A stretch of DNA of 64,000 bases, from contig VXOS01000053.1 in the NCBI GenBank assembly GCA_009839925.1, forward strand, positions 2,447 through 66,446, written 5' to 3'. Both the position numbers and the translations under genes were made by a program. The stretch is from Chloroflexota bacterium (GTDB lineage Bacteria; Chloroflexota; Dehalococcoidia; UBA2979). Below are positions 1 to 12,948 of the stretch, piece after piece. Each line of letters opens with the position of its first letter. The first letter of the stretch is position 1. The notes below the pieces were generated by a model. The model was given only the letters and a program-made list of their open reading frames with translations. It had not been told where the DNA came from and did no database searches.

Positions 1-1487
<1,487 letters not shown>

Positions 1488-1495
<8 letters not shown>

Positions 1496-2501
1496 CCAGT
1501 TCGTGCAGCAGGTCGGTCATCAGCCGGGCAAAGTAGCGAACGCGCGGGATGGTGTGCCCGTAGTGCATCCGCGTCGGGCCCAGCACCGCGACGGAGCCGA
1601 CCGCCCCGCCGGGCTCGCCAAAGGCCGAGATGACCATCGTCCAGTCGTGCAACCAGCTCCGCTCGTTCTCATCGCCGATCAACACGCGCGCGCCGGGGTC
1701 GGGGCTGTGCGGCGGCCGCAGCGCACCTCGCAGCTCGTACGCCTCGAGGTGCTCCACCGCGTCGAGCATGCGATCGGTGGTGGAGAACTCCGGCTGCGCC
1801 AGTGCCGCCCGGATGCCTTCGATGAAGAGCTGGGCCGCGCTCGCGCCCTCTGCCACGAGATCGGCGATCTCAAGCGTGAGCCGGCGATCGTCGTCGTCCT
1901 CGAACTGCGGGGCGATCGTGCGGATCCGCTCGGAATCGGAAAGCGAGAGGCGATCGTTGAGGCGCGAGGCGCGGGCAAGCAGCTCCGGCTGACCCTCGTC
2001 CTCCGGCACGGCGACGATCCGTTCCTGGATGCTCCCGTCGTCCAGCACACCCACCAGCAGCGCGGCGCCCGGCCGCAGGTGGACCAGTTGCGCCTGCCGC
2101 AAGTGCGGCACCGGACGCTGCGGACGCGCGACGACGGCAACGTTGCCAACCGCCGCCGCGAGGACGGAGGCCGCAAGCTGCAACCACTCATCGAGACCCG
2201 GCGCTACCTGGTAGAACTGGTGCTCGATCGTCCGGCGCTCGTCGGCGCCGATCGGCTCCTCGGCCATCAGCTCCTCAACGTAGAAGCGATAGCCCGTGTT
2301 GGAGGGGATGCGGCCGGCCGAGGTGTAGGGGTGCGTGATGTACCCCTCCTGCTCGAGGGCGGCCAGCTCGTTGCGCACGGTTGCGGTGGAGACGTCGAGG
2401 TTGTGGCGGTCGACCAGCGCGCGCGAACTCACCGGCGCAGCCGTGCCGATATACTCGTCGACGACGAGATTGAGGATGTCCGCCCGGCGCTGAGTAAGCA
2501 C
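1488..2501 (-). CDS. hrcA: Heat-inducible transcription repressor HrcA
   Basis: HrcA-like winged-helix N-terminus (LTQRRADILNLVVDEYIGTAAPVSSRALV) and full-length similarity. Preferred start is GTG (complement of 2499-2501), preceded by GGAGGG. The ATG at 2543 in the ORF track would be translated from the CIRCE operator itself and is rejected. Confidence 0.85.
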
Positions 2502-2530
2502 GGGCCCTCCATCCCGACTAACCCCACGGA

Positions 2531-2557
2531 TTAGCACTCTCATAGGGAGAGTGCTAA
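2531..2557. promoter_or_regulatory. CIRCE operator (HrcA binding site), perfect match TTAGCACTC-N9-GAGTGCTAA
   Basis: Sequence ttagcactctcatagggagagtgctaa read directly. Perfect 9-bp inverted repeat with a 9-nt spacer, immediately upstream of hrcA-grpE-dnaK. Confidence 0.92.
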
Positions 2558-2619
2558 CACACTGGATTCTAGCGGCCAGACGCCCGACTGGTCAACGCTC
2601 GGACGGGCCCGGAGAGCGC

Positions 2620-3192
2620 ATGGACCGAGATCCGGACCCCCAGGCCGCCGCCTCGCCCGCCGCCGACGATCCCGTTCGCGCGGACGAGGCCCGCGACGCC
2701 TTTTCCGAGCTCTATGAGGCGCACGCCGGCCGCGTCTACCGCTACCTCCTGTCCCGCACGAGCAGCGTCAGCGACGCCGAGGAACTGACCTCGCGCACCT
2801 TCACCAACGCCTTCGCCAGCCTCGGCAGCTACCGCGGGCGCGGCAAGTTCGAGTCCTGGCTGATGACCATCGCGCACAACCTGCTGGCCAACTGGTACCG
2901 CGACCGCGGCCGCAGGCCGCAGGCAGCCCCGCTCGACGAGGCGCTCGCCGTCCCCTCGGACGCGCCGGGACCGGAGTCGGCGCTTGAGGCGCTCGAGGAC
3001 ACACAGCGCGTCCGCGACGCGGCGGCGGCGCTCGCGCCCGACCGCCAGCGCCTGATCACGCTCAAGTACGTCGATGGCCTGACGAACGCCGAGATCGGCC
3101 GCATCCTCGGCCGCAGCGAGGGCGCCGTGAAGGCCCTTCACCACCGCACACTGCGCCAGCTCGCCGCGGCGCTCGCAGCCGACTCGGAGTAG
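2620..3192 (+). CDS. ECF-type RNA polymerase sigma factor (sigma-70 regions 2 and 4)
   Basis: Region 2-like YRYLLSRTSSVSDAEELTSRTF and region 4 HTH DGLTNAEIGRILGRSEGAVKALHHRTLRQL. ATG at 2620 is preceded by GGAGAG. Divergent from hrcA. Confidence 0.7.
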   Translation: MDRDPDPQAAASPAADDPVRADEARDAFSELYEAHAGRVYRYLLSRTSSVSDAEELTSRTFTNAFASLGSYRGRGKFESWLMTIAHNLLANWYRDRGRRPQAAPLDEALAVPSDAPGPESALEALEDTQRVRDAAAALAPDRQRLITLKYVDGLTNAEIGRILGRSEGAVKALHHRTLRQLAAALAADSE

Positions 3193-3280
3193 GCGCACAG
3201 CCCTCCTCCGGGCGGCAGGGTGTGGCGGCAGCCGCGCCCGCTCGCTACGATCGCGAAACCCCGGAAGGGCTGCGCCGATC

Positions 3281-3928
3281 ATGGACGTCAACTGGCTCGG
3301 ACACGCCTGCGTGCGGCTGCGCACGCGCCAGGCGGCCGTGGTGATGGACCCGGCGAGCAGGGACGCCGGCTTCGACATGGGCCGGCCCGGCGCCGATATC
3401 GTCACCATCAGCCGCCACCACCCGCACCACTCGCACGCTACCGGCGTGCGCGGCCAGCCAATCATCATCGACGGCCCCGGCGAGTACGAGATCGAGGGCG
3501 TCCAGCTCTTCGGTCTGCCCAGTCCGTTGCCTCGCGACGGCGGGGACGCGCCGAGCGAGCGCAACACCGCCTACGTCGTCGAGGCGGAGGGTCTGCACGT
3601 CGCCCACCTCGGCAGCGGCTGCACGCCGCCGCGCGAGGACGAGGCCGGGCTGTTCAGCAACATCGACATCCTGATCGTCCCGATCGGCGGGGATGAGTCG
3701 GTCGCGCCGGAGCGGGCCGCCCGGACCGTGCGCGATCTTGAGCCGACGATCGTGATCCCCGTCGGCTACGACGGGCCCGCGGCCGTGGGCGAGCAGCCTG
3801 CCGCGCTGCGCGCCTTCCTCGACGCCACCGGCCTCAGCGGCGGCGAGCCACTGGCGCGGCTCAGCATCCGCCCGCGCGGGCTCGGCGAGGAGCAGCGCGT
3901 CGTGCTGCTGGAAGCCTCGCGCCGCTAG
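3281..3928 (+). CDS. Metal-dependent hydrolase, MBL fold (UPF0173-like)
   Basis: MDVNWLGHACVRL start and a His-rich HHPHHSH metal-binding motif typical of beta-lactamase-fold hydrolases. Confidence 0.55.
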   Translation: MDVNWLGHACVRLRTRQAAVVMDPASRDAGFDMGRPGADIVTISRHHPHHSHATGVRGQPIIIDGPGEYEIEGVQLFGLPSPLPRDGGDAPSERNTAYVVEAEGLHVAHLGSGCTPPREDEAGLFSNIDILIVPIGGDESVAPERAARTVRDLEPTIVIPVGYDGPAAVGEQPAALRAFLDATGLSGGEPLARLSIRPRGLGEEQRVVLLEASRR

Positions 3929-3949
3929 CGATCTTCCGAGGCGGAATCG

Positions 3950-5110
3950 TCAGTCCGGCAGGTAGAGCAGCGGGTTGCGGCGCACGCCGTTGACCTTGAG
4001 TTCGAAGTGCAGGTGCGGGCCGCTCGTGCGCCCGGTCAGGCCGGCATGGCCGAGGACAGTCCCCGCTTCGACCGCGTCCCCGTGCTTCACCGCAAAGTTG
4101 CGCAGATGCGCGTAGAGCGTCGTGAACCCGCCCCCGTGCGCGACCTCGACGTACAGCCCGTAGGAGCAGCATGCGGCGCCACCCACGAAGACCACCGTTC
4201 CGGCGGCCGACGCCCTGATCGGCGTGCCCACCGGTGCGCTGATGTCGATCCCCAGCGGGTGGCTGGGACCGAAGTACGAAGTGATCACGTTTCTGGTGGG
4301 CCAGCTGAAGTTGTAGCGCCACTTCGCTGCCGCGATCAGGCCGGGAGTTGGCTGCGAGGGCTGCGCGAGGCGGCCATTCGGCACGAGAATCGTCGTACCC
4401 GCGACGATGCCGCCATCCCTCCCGAGCTCGTTCGCCTCGATGATATCGACGACCTTGGCGTCGTACTCCTCCGCGATCTCGAGCAGTGTCTCGCCGTAGC
4501 GCACGCCGTGGAGGATCCCCGGCCTGCTCGGCATCTGCAGCTCCGCCCCGACCCGCAGGAAGTCCGCGTCGGTAATGACGTCGATGTTGTTCCAGAGGAT
4601 GTAGTAGCCGGCGAGGTCGAAGCGTTCGGCGAGGCCGCTGACCGTGTCACCCGGCTGCACCTTGTAGCGGTACAGCAGTGGCTGCCGGACGAGTTCGCCT
4701 TCGTCGGCGAGGGGAGGTGCGACCGGCGGGCTGGCCACGTCGCTCGTACTCGCTGCATCGGCCGCCCAGGCGCCATCGATCATCGGATCCGCCCGCCCGA
4801 CAAACCCCCAGCGTGTTGGCGGGGTCTCCGGCCGCGGCGGGATCGGCCGCGGAACGGCCGCCGGCAGCGCGGCAGGCCGCGCCCAGACGGCCACGCCCGC
4901 AAGGCCCGGCAGCGAGATCTGCGAGGCCCTCAACGCCGGCCCTGGCCGGGCTGGACTCGCGGCTCCCGGGAAGAACCCCGCGATCAGGACGCCGGCCAGG
5001 ACGAGCGCGACGACCACGGCGCTCGGCACGGGCAGCGCAGCCGCAATCCGCGAATCACCATCGCCGCCGATCCGCGGGCGCTGCTGCAGCCGCAACTCGC
5101 GCCCGTTCAC
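3950..5110 (-). CDS. Membrane-anchored LysM-domain M23 family metallopeptidase
   Basis: N-terminal TM helix, Pro-rich linker, two LysM-like repeats (YKVQPGDTVSGLAERF; HGVRYGETLLEIAEEYD) and a C-terminal M23 domain (HPLGIDISAPVGTPI...GPHLHFEL). Confidence 0.8.
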   Translation of the reverse strand: MNGRELRLQQRPRIGGDGDSRIAAALPVPSAVVVALVLAGVLIAGFFPGAASPARPGPALRASQISLPGLAGVAVWARPAALPAAVPRPIPPRPETPPTRWGFVGRADPMIDGAWAADAASTSDVASPPVAPPLADEGELVRQPLLYRYKVQPGDTVSGLAERFDLAGYYILWNNIDVITDADFLRVGAELQMPSRPGILHGVRYGETLLEIAEEYDAKVVDIIEANELGRDGGIVAGTTILVPNGRLAQPSQPTPGLIAAAKWRYNFSWPTRNVITSYFGPSHPLGIDISAPVGTPIRASAAGTVVFVGGAACCSYGLYVEVAHGGGFTTLYAHLRNFAVKHGDAVEAGTVLGHAGLTGRTSGPHLHFELKVNGVRRNPLLYLPD

Positions 5111-5302
5111 CCGGCGCGGGAGGACGGGTCCGATACTGGTGATGCACCCCTCCTCCGGTTAGACGCTGTGGCGCGAAGACGACGCTTTCAACCCTTCGGC
5201 CAACGATACACGCGTGGGCTCCGGACTGGATGTTCGTCACGCCGGCAGCTGTCGCCAGCCGCCACGCGGCAGCGACACCCTGGTGCGAGGGCGACCGATT
5301 CG

Positions 5303-6613
5303 TCAGGGCAGGTAGACCAGCGGGTTGCGGCGCACGCCGTTCAGCTCGATCTCGAAGTGCAGGTGCGGGCCCGTGGTGCGCCCCGTCAGCCCGGCGAAGC
5401 CGAGCACGGTGCCCGCCGTGATCTCGTCGCCGCTCGCCACCGCGAAGCTCGCGAGGTGGGCGTAGAGCGTCGTGAATCCGCCGTCGTGCTGGACCTCGAC
5501 ATAGAGGCCGTATGAGCAGCAGCGCGTGCCTCCCACGAAAATCACCGTGCCGTCCGCCGCCGCCTTGATTGGCGTGCCCACCGGCGCCCTGATATCGATC
5601 CCCAGCGGGTGGCTGGGACCGAAGTACGAAGTGATGATGTCCCTGGTGGGCCAGATGAAGTTGAACTCCGAACTCGTCTGCGGCGACACGGCAACCACGC
5701 GCGACGGCGCCGGTGTCGAGGCGGCAGGCGGGCGGACCACGGCAGCAGGCCTCGTGACGATCCGCCCACCCGGCACGAGAATCGTCGTGTCCGCGAAAAT
5801 GCTGCCCTCCCGGTCCAGCCTGTTCACCTCGATGATGTCGACGATGCTGGCGTCGTAGCGCTCGGCGATCTCCAGCAACGTCTCGCCGTAGCGGACGCCG
5901 TGGAGGATGCCGCCCACGCTCGGGACCTGGATCTCCTCGCCCACGCTGAGGAAATCCGCGTCCGGGATGATGTCGATGTTGTTCCAGAGGATGTAGTTGG
6001 CCGTGATGCCGAAGCGCTCGGCGATCCCGGTCACGGTATCGCCCTCCTGCACCTCGTAGCGGAAGAACAGCGGGCGAGGTTGTGTCTCGCGTTCCTGGAG
6101 TTCCGTCGGGGTCGGCGCAGCCACGGCTGCCCGGATCGCCGTCCTCGCGAGGTCGACCTCGGAGGCGGATTCGGACTGATCCGCTGACGCAGCCGCCGCA
6201 GGCCGACCCGTCTCGGCCGAGCCCGGGTATGTGAGCAGCGAGTTGACGAGCGGCGGCTCAATGGGCTCCGGGGCGGACACCGCAGGCGCCGCCGGCTGCT
6301 GCCAACTCGTCGCGCCCGCCATACCCGGCAATGAGATCTGCGAGGTCCTCAGTCCGGGGTTCGGCTGCGTGGAACTCACCGTCACCGGGAAGAACCCGGC
6401 GATCACGACCAGGACCAGCACCAGGCCGACGAACGCCGCATAGATCGCCGGTGGCGCCACCGGTAGCCATGAGAGCCGGGCGGCGGCGATCTGCCGGCGC
6501 TGCGACAAGCGAACCTCACGCCCCGGCTTCGGGCGCGGTCGGGGAAGCACGGGGCCGATACTGCTGATGCGCGCCTCCTCCGGCCGGAGGCGACCACCCC
6601 CAGGGCCGCGCAA
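5303..6613 (-). CDS. Membrane-anchored LysM-domain M23 family metallopeptidase, tandem paralog of 3950-5110
   Basis: Same architecture and high similarity to the neighbour (YEVQEGDTVTGIAERF; HGVRYGETLLEIAERYD; HPLGIDIRAPVGTPI...GPHLHFEI). Confidence 0.8.
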   Translation of the reverse strand: MRGPGGGRLRPEEARISSIGPVLPRPRPKPGREVRLSQRRQIAAARLSWLPVAPPAIYAAFVGLVLVLVVIAGFFPVTVSSTQPNPGLRTSQISLPGMAGATSWQQPAAPAVSAPEPIEPPLVNSLLTYPGSAETGRPAAAASADQSESASEVDLARTAIRAAVAAPTPTELQERETQPRPLFFRYEVQEGDTVTGIAERFGITANYILWNNIDIIPDADFLSVGEEIQVPSVGGILHGVRYGETLLEIAERYDASIVDIIEVNRLDREGSIFADTTILVPGGRIVTRPAAVVRPPAASTPAPSRVVAVSPQTSSEFNFIWPTRDIITSYFGPSHPLGIDIRAPVGTPIKAAADGTVIFVGGTRCCSYGLYVEVQHDGGFTTLYAHLASFAVASGDEITAGTVLGFAGLTGRTTGPHLHFEIELNGVRRNPLVYLP

Positions 6614-6735
6614 ATCAACCGTCCAGGTAAGCGATCTACCCGACGGGGAAACAGGATTTTAGCACGAGGCCCGGTGGCCGGCCGCCGCGCGGCGGCGTGG
6701 AGGAGATCGCGGGCGTGCCACTCGGCCTTGCGCCG

Positions 6736-8250
<1,515 letters not shown>

Positions 8251-8527
8251 GCGCGTTGTGCGCCGTCCTGTTCGACGGCATCCAAAACCGGGGACAAGTG
8301 GACGTGAAGCATTCTACCTCACCAGACCGCAAGTTGCACAGTGCGATGCACACCTTGGCCACAGCGCGAACGACGACCACACCCTGAGCAAGACAGGGAG
8401 TCGTTGGCAGCTCTCGACGCGCACGCCCGATCCGTCGCACGGTCCAGACGAGGTTCGCAGTGCAGATCGTTCCGGAAGGGCGTAGCCTGAGCAAGGCGAC
8501 GCGGCGGGGCGCCGGAAGGTCGCCTTC

Positions 8528-10285
8528 GTGCACGAACACGCACTCGTTGGCGAACTCGCCATCATCGGCGTGCTGGCCGTGGCGACAGCGCTCGGGCTGC
8601 ACCGGCTCGGGCTACCCGCAACCATCGGCTTCCTGATCACCGGCAGCATCGCCGGCCCGCACGGCCTGCACCTCGTCAGCGACACCGATCGGATCATGCA
8701 GATCGCCGAACTCGGCGTGATTCTGCTGCTCTTCGCGATCGGCCTCGAGTTCTCGCTCTCCCGGCTGCGCTTCATCTGGCGCACCGTGGCGATTGGGGGC
8801 TCGCTGCAGGTCGGCGCTACGGCGGCGGCGGCGCTCGCGATCCTCGTGATTGCCGGCGACAGTGTCGAACGCGGTCTCGTCTTCGGGTTCATCGTGGCGC
8901 TTTCGAGCACGGTGGTCGTGTTGCGCGTGCTGGCGGTGAGGGGCGAGCTGGCCGCCCCGCACGGGCGCTTCACCGTCGGCGCGCTGATCTTCCAGGATCT
9001 GCTGATCATTCCCCTCACCCTTCTCGTCCCGGTCCTCGCCGGCGGCGACGGCAGCCGCTTCCTGCTCGATGCGGGTTGGGCGCTGCTCCGCGCCACGCTC
9101 GCGATGGCGATCTTGTTGGGTGTCGCCCGCCTCCTGATCCCGCGGCTGTTCGCGGCGGTGGACGCCACGCGCACACGTGAGGTGTTCCTGTTGACCGTGA
9201 TCTCGGTCGCCCTCGGCTCAGCCTGGCTGATGAACCAGCTCGGGCTCTCCGTCGCGCTGGGCGCGTTCCTCGCCGGCCTGCTGCTTGCCGATACGGACTA
9301 CCGGCATCGCGCCACCAGCGACATCATCCCGCTGCGCGATGTCTTCACGAGCTTCTTCTTCATCTCGCTCGGCATGCTTGTCGACTGGCGGGTGTTCGTG
9401 GAGCAGCCGCTCCTCGCGCTCCTGATCGTGCTTGGCCTGGTTCCCGGAAAGGCGCTGATCGCCTCGCTCGCCGCGGTCGCGATGCGCTACCCCGCACAGG
9501 CGGCGTGGCGCGCCGGCTTCTACCTCGCCCAGTTCGGCGAGTTCGGCTACGTGGTCCTGATCCTCGGGGCGAACGAGGGCCTGATCACCTCCGACGAGGT
9601 GCGCCTGATCGTCACCACCGGCGTGCTCAGCATCATGCTGTCGCGGCTGCTCATGCGCTGGACCGGCGAGATGCATGCGGGCGAGGTGCTGCTCCGGCCA
9701 CTCGAGCGGCTGCTGCGCGTGCGCGGAATCGACGAGCCGACACCGGATGACGCCGCCCTCTCCGGGCACGTCATCATCGCCGGATTCGGCATCGCCGGCC
9801 AACTGCTGTCCCGCACGCTGGCGCAGGTAGGCATCCCCTACCTCGTCCTTGAGCTCAACGCGGAGACCGTACGAGACGCCCGTCTGGGCCACGAGCACGT
9901 CTACTACGGCGACGTCACCAGCCAGGAGGCCCTGGTGCACGCGCGGATCACCCACGCACGCGCCCTGGTGCTCCTCATCAACGACCCACCCGCCGTGCGG
10001 AGCGCAATCATCGCCGCCCGCGAGGAGAGCCCGGTCATCCCGATCCTCGCGCGCACCCGCTACGTCGCCGAGCGCGGGCAGCTCCTCGCTCTCGGCGCCA
10101 ACCAGGTGATCTGCGAGGAGCTCGAGAGCGGCGTCGAGATGTCCGCCAACGTGCTGCAGGTGCTCGGGCTCGATCCCCCGGCGATCCGCCACCAGATCAG
10201 CGATGCGCTGAGCGCCGCCGACGGCGTCGACCTCAGCGGCGGCAGCGGCGACTGGATCGAGGCGCTGGGCGACCGACCGCGCTAG
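8528..10285 (+). CDS. Kef-type K+/H+ antiporter (CPA2 family) with C-terminal RCK/TrkA-N domain
   Basis: Twelve hydrophobic segments, then a Rossmann GHVIIAGFGIAGQLL and an RCK-like C-terminus. GTG start at 8528. Confidence 0.75.
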   Translation: MHEHALVGELAIIGVLAVATALGLHRLGLPATIGFLITGSIAGPHGLHLVSDTDRIMQIAELGVILLLFAIGLEFSLSRLRFIWRTVAIGGSLQVGATAAAALAILVIAGDSVERGLVFGFIVALSSTVVVLRVLAVRGELAAPHGRFTVGALIFQDLLIIPLTLLVPVLAGGDGSRFLLDAGWALLRATLAMAILLGVARLLIPRLFAAVDATRTREVFLLTVISVALGSAWLMNQLGLSVALGAFLAGLLLADTDYRHRATSDIIPLRDVFTSFFFISLGMLVDWRVFVEQPLLALLIVLGLVPGKALIASLAAVAMRYPAQAAWRAGFYLAQFGEFGYVVLILGANEGLITSDEVRLIVTTGVLSIMLSRLLMRWTGEMHAGEVLLRPLERLLRVRGIDEPTPDDAALSGHVIIAGFGIAGQLLSRTLAQVGIPYLVLELNAETVRDARLGHEHVYYGDVTSQEALVHARITHARALVLLINDPPAVRSAIIAAREESPVIPILARTRYVAERGQLLALGANQVICEELESGVEMSANVLQVLGLDPPAIRHQISDALSAADGVDLSGGSGDWIEALGDRPR

Positions 10286-10304
10286 GCGAGGTCCGGCCGA
10301 ACGC

Positions 10305-10772
10305 TCAGAACGGCTTGTAGATCGCGAGCCACGTCATCACTGGCACGGTCAGCACCATCAGCGTGCCGAACACGACCGGCACGCGGTCGTTGATCGCGTC
10401 CTCGAGTTCCTGGCTGGTCTCGCCTCGCTTCTTCGCCTGCAAGGCCAGCAGCCGCACCCGCCGCAGACCGACGCCGAGCAGCGGGAGGAAGATGAAGACG
10501 TCGACCGCGTAGATCAGCTCGAGCGCCAGCAGCCAGCCGGTAGTCACGAGGTTGATGTTCTCCGCGGCCGCCCAGGCGAAGCCGGTCAGCCCCGTGGCCA
10601 GCAGGCCGGACAGCAGCCAGCGCGTCTCGTTCTGCTGCGCCTCGGTCAGCAGCGTCGCGCGCAGGTTGATGTCGGAGGTGCCCCAGGCGCGCCAGACGGC
10701 GACCATCACCGAGCCGAGCCCGGCCATCATCCAGAACAGCGCCAGCACGTGTAGCAAGCGGAACAAGGTCAT
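10305..10772 (-). CDS. Hypothetical integral membrane protein (4 TM, DUF-type)
   Basis: 155-aa ORF with four hydrophobic helices; no recognisable catalytic motif. Confidence 0.45.
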   Translation of the reverse strand: MTLFRLLHVLALFWMMAGLGSVMVAVWRAWGTSDINLRATLLTEAQQNETRWLLSGLLATGLTGFAWAAAENINLVTTGWLLALELIYAVDVFIFLPLLGVGLRRVRLLALQAKKRGETSQELEDAINDRVPVVFGTLMVLTVPVMTWLAIYKPF

Positions 10773-10820
10773 CGCGGCTCCGCGATCCAGGCGCGCCCGT
10801 CTCGACTCAGGGCGTGACGC

Positions 10821-12461
10821 TCACGAGGACGCAGCCTGCGAGGCCGCCTCCCGCGCGGCGCCCGCGCGGTACTCCAGCGCCGCACCGACGAAATCGCGGA
10901 ACAGCGGCTGCGGGCGCAGCGGCCGCGAGGTGAACTCCGGATGGAACTGCGTCCCCAGCATCCAGGGATGATCGCGCAGCTCCATGATCTCGACCAGCTC
11001 GCCGTTCGGCGAGCAGCCGGAGGCGATCAGGCCGTGCTGCTCCAGCACCGGCAGCAGCGCGTTGTTCACCTCGTAGCGGTGGCGATGCCGCTCGCGCACC
11101 TGCTCCCGCCCGTAGGCGGCGGCGGCGTGCGTACCCTCGACCAGCCGGCACTCGAAGCCGCCGAGGCGCATCGTCCCGCCGTAGTCCTCGATGCCGCGCT
11201 GCTCCGAAAGCAGCGAGATCACGGGGAACGGGGTCCGCGGATCGGCCTCCGTCGTGTTGGCCTCCGGCATTCCGGCCACGTTGCGGGCGAACTCGCAGAC
11301 CATCATCTGCAGCCCGAGGCAGACACCGAAGTAGGGGATGCGCTGCTCACGCGCGTACGTCGCGGCGGAGATCTTGCCCTCCAGCCCGCGGTCGCCAAAA
11401 CCCGGACAGACGAGGATGCCGTCGACCTTGCCGATCGCCTCCTCCGGCGGGCGGGTGTCGAGCTCCTCCGAATGCACCCAGTGGAAGCTCATGCGCGCGC
11501 GATGGAAGACCGCGGCGTGGATCAGCGCCTCGCGGATCGAGAGGTAGGCGTCGTGCAGCTCCACGTACTTGCCGACCACGGCGATGCGCACCTCGGAGTC
11601 GGGGTTGCGCAGCCGCTGGACGAACTCACGCCAGTCGTCCAGATCGGAGGAGGGCGTCTCGATGCCGATGCGCCTCAGCACCAGGTCGGCGAGCCCGCAC
11701 GCCTCGAGGACCAGCGGGATCTCGTAGATCGAGTCGGCCGTCTGCAGCGGGATGACCGCCTCGCGCTCGACGTTACAGAAGAGGCCGATCTTCTCGCGCA
11801 GCGCCTCGGGCGCCGGCTGGTCGGCGCGAGCGATGATCACGTCCGGCTGGATGCCGAACGAGCGCAACTCGCGCACGGAGTGCTGCGTCGGCTTGGTCTT
11901 CAGCTCGCGCGTCGAGCCGATGTAGGGCAGCAGCGTGACGTGAATCGAAGCCGTCGCGTCCACGCCGAGCGTGTGCCGCATCTGCCCGATCGCCTCGATG
12001 AACGGCTGGCTCTCGATGTCGCCGATGGTGCCGCCGACCTCGACGATCACGACTTGGGCGTCCAGCGCGCTTCCCGCCTCGCGGATGCGCCGCCGGATCT
12101 CGTTGGTGACGTGCGGGATCTGCTGGATGGTGCCGCCGAGGAAATCGCCGTGCCGTTCCTTGCGGATCACCTCCTCGTAGATCTGGCCCGAGGAGGTGGA
12201 GTTGGCCTGCGTGAAGTTCTCGTCGAGGAAGCGCTCGTAGTGTCCGAGGTCCAGATCGGTCTCGGCGCCGTCGTCGGTGACGAAGACCTCGCCGTGCTGA
12301 TAGGGCGACATCGTGCCGGGATCGACGTTGATGTAGGGGTCGAGTTTGAGGACGGAGACGCGGAGGCCGCGGGCGCGCAGGATGCGGCCGAGCGAGGCGG
12401 TGACGATCCCCTTGCCGACGGAGCTCACGACGCCGCCCGTGACGAAGATGTACTTCGGCAT
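10821..12461 (-). CDS. pyrG: CTP synthase
   Basis: MPKYIFVTGGVVSSVGKGI N-terminus and a glutamine amidotransferase C-terminus (GVCLGLQ). The ORF-track start at 12488 adds 9 non-conserved residues; the canonical start is preferred. Confidence 0.9.
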   Translation of the reverse strand: MPKYIFVTGGVVSSVGKGIVTASLGRILRARGLRVSVLKLDPYINVDPGTMSPYQHGEVFVTDDGAETDLDLGHYERFLDENFTQANSTSSGQIYEEVIRKERHGDFLGGTIQQIPHVTNEIRRRIREAGSALDAQVVIVEVGGTIGDIESQPFIEAIGQMRHTLGVDATASIHVTLLPYIGSTRELKTKPTQHSVRELRSFGIQPDVIIARADQPAPEALREKIGLFCNVEREAVIPLQTADSIYEIPLVLEACGLADLVLRRIGIETPSSDLDDWREFVQRLRNPDSEVRIAVVGKYVELHDAYLSIREALIHAAVFHRARMSFHWVHSEELDTRPPEEAIGKVDGILVCPGFGDRGLEGKISAATYAREQRIPYFGVCLGLQMMVCEFARNVAGMPEANTTEADPRTPFPVISLLSEQRGIEDYGGTMRLGGFECRLVEGTHAAAAYGREQVRERHRHRYEVNNALLPVLEQHGLIASGCSPNGELVEIMELRDHPWMLGTQFHPEFTSRPLRPQPLFRDFVGAALEYRAGAAREAASQAASS

Positions 12462-12557
12462 CAGCCCTCGGATGGTTGGGGAGGACACGGACCATATTCC
12501 GCGCGCGGCGCGAAGGTGTCAACGATCGCGAGGTGTGGGAGCGTCCCAATGCACTCC

Positions 12558-12948
12558 CTACGGATCGCCCGTGTAGTCCTCAATCTCGCCCAGGGCCGGT
12601 ACGCGCCCGATGCCCCAGAGGATCACGTCACGACTTCGCTCGAAATCAGCATGGAACTCGAACCAGACCATGCACTCCGGCACGTTCGGAAATCCGGGCT
12701 CTGTGAGGAGCAACCCCTCACGGATCGGTCCGTCACCTGCAACAACCCTGATCCGTGGGTGCTCCAGGCCCTCCCGGTACGCCTCGATCTCGCGATCGAG
12801 GACGTGCTTGATGCCGCGGTCGAGCAGATGTCCCCGCGCCACGGCTGCCGGGGCCACCGAGCCAAGTTGCTCCGAAAACTCGGGCGTTACCTCGAAGTGG
12901 TGTGTCCAGCGGCCAGGCGGCTGCTCACGAGGAAGATCTCTTGGCACG
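12558..12948 (-). CDS. Uncharacterised ~130-aa protein translationally coupled to the Panacea-domain gene; candidate toxin (PanT-like) partner
   Basis: In-frame GTG (VPRDLPREQPPGRWTHHFEV...) overlaps the stop of the upstream Panacea gene by about 20 nt. Codons are visibly less GC-rich than neighbours (e.g. aga gat ctt cct, gag ttt tcg gag caa ctt). No recognisable family by eye. Confidence 0.35.

Noticed and set aside
2502-2543. ATG start for hrcA at 2543 (longest ORF)
   Set aside because: This extension is encoded by the CIRCE palindrome itself. A GTG at 2501 with a GGAGGG SD yields an HrcA-like N-terminus.
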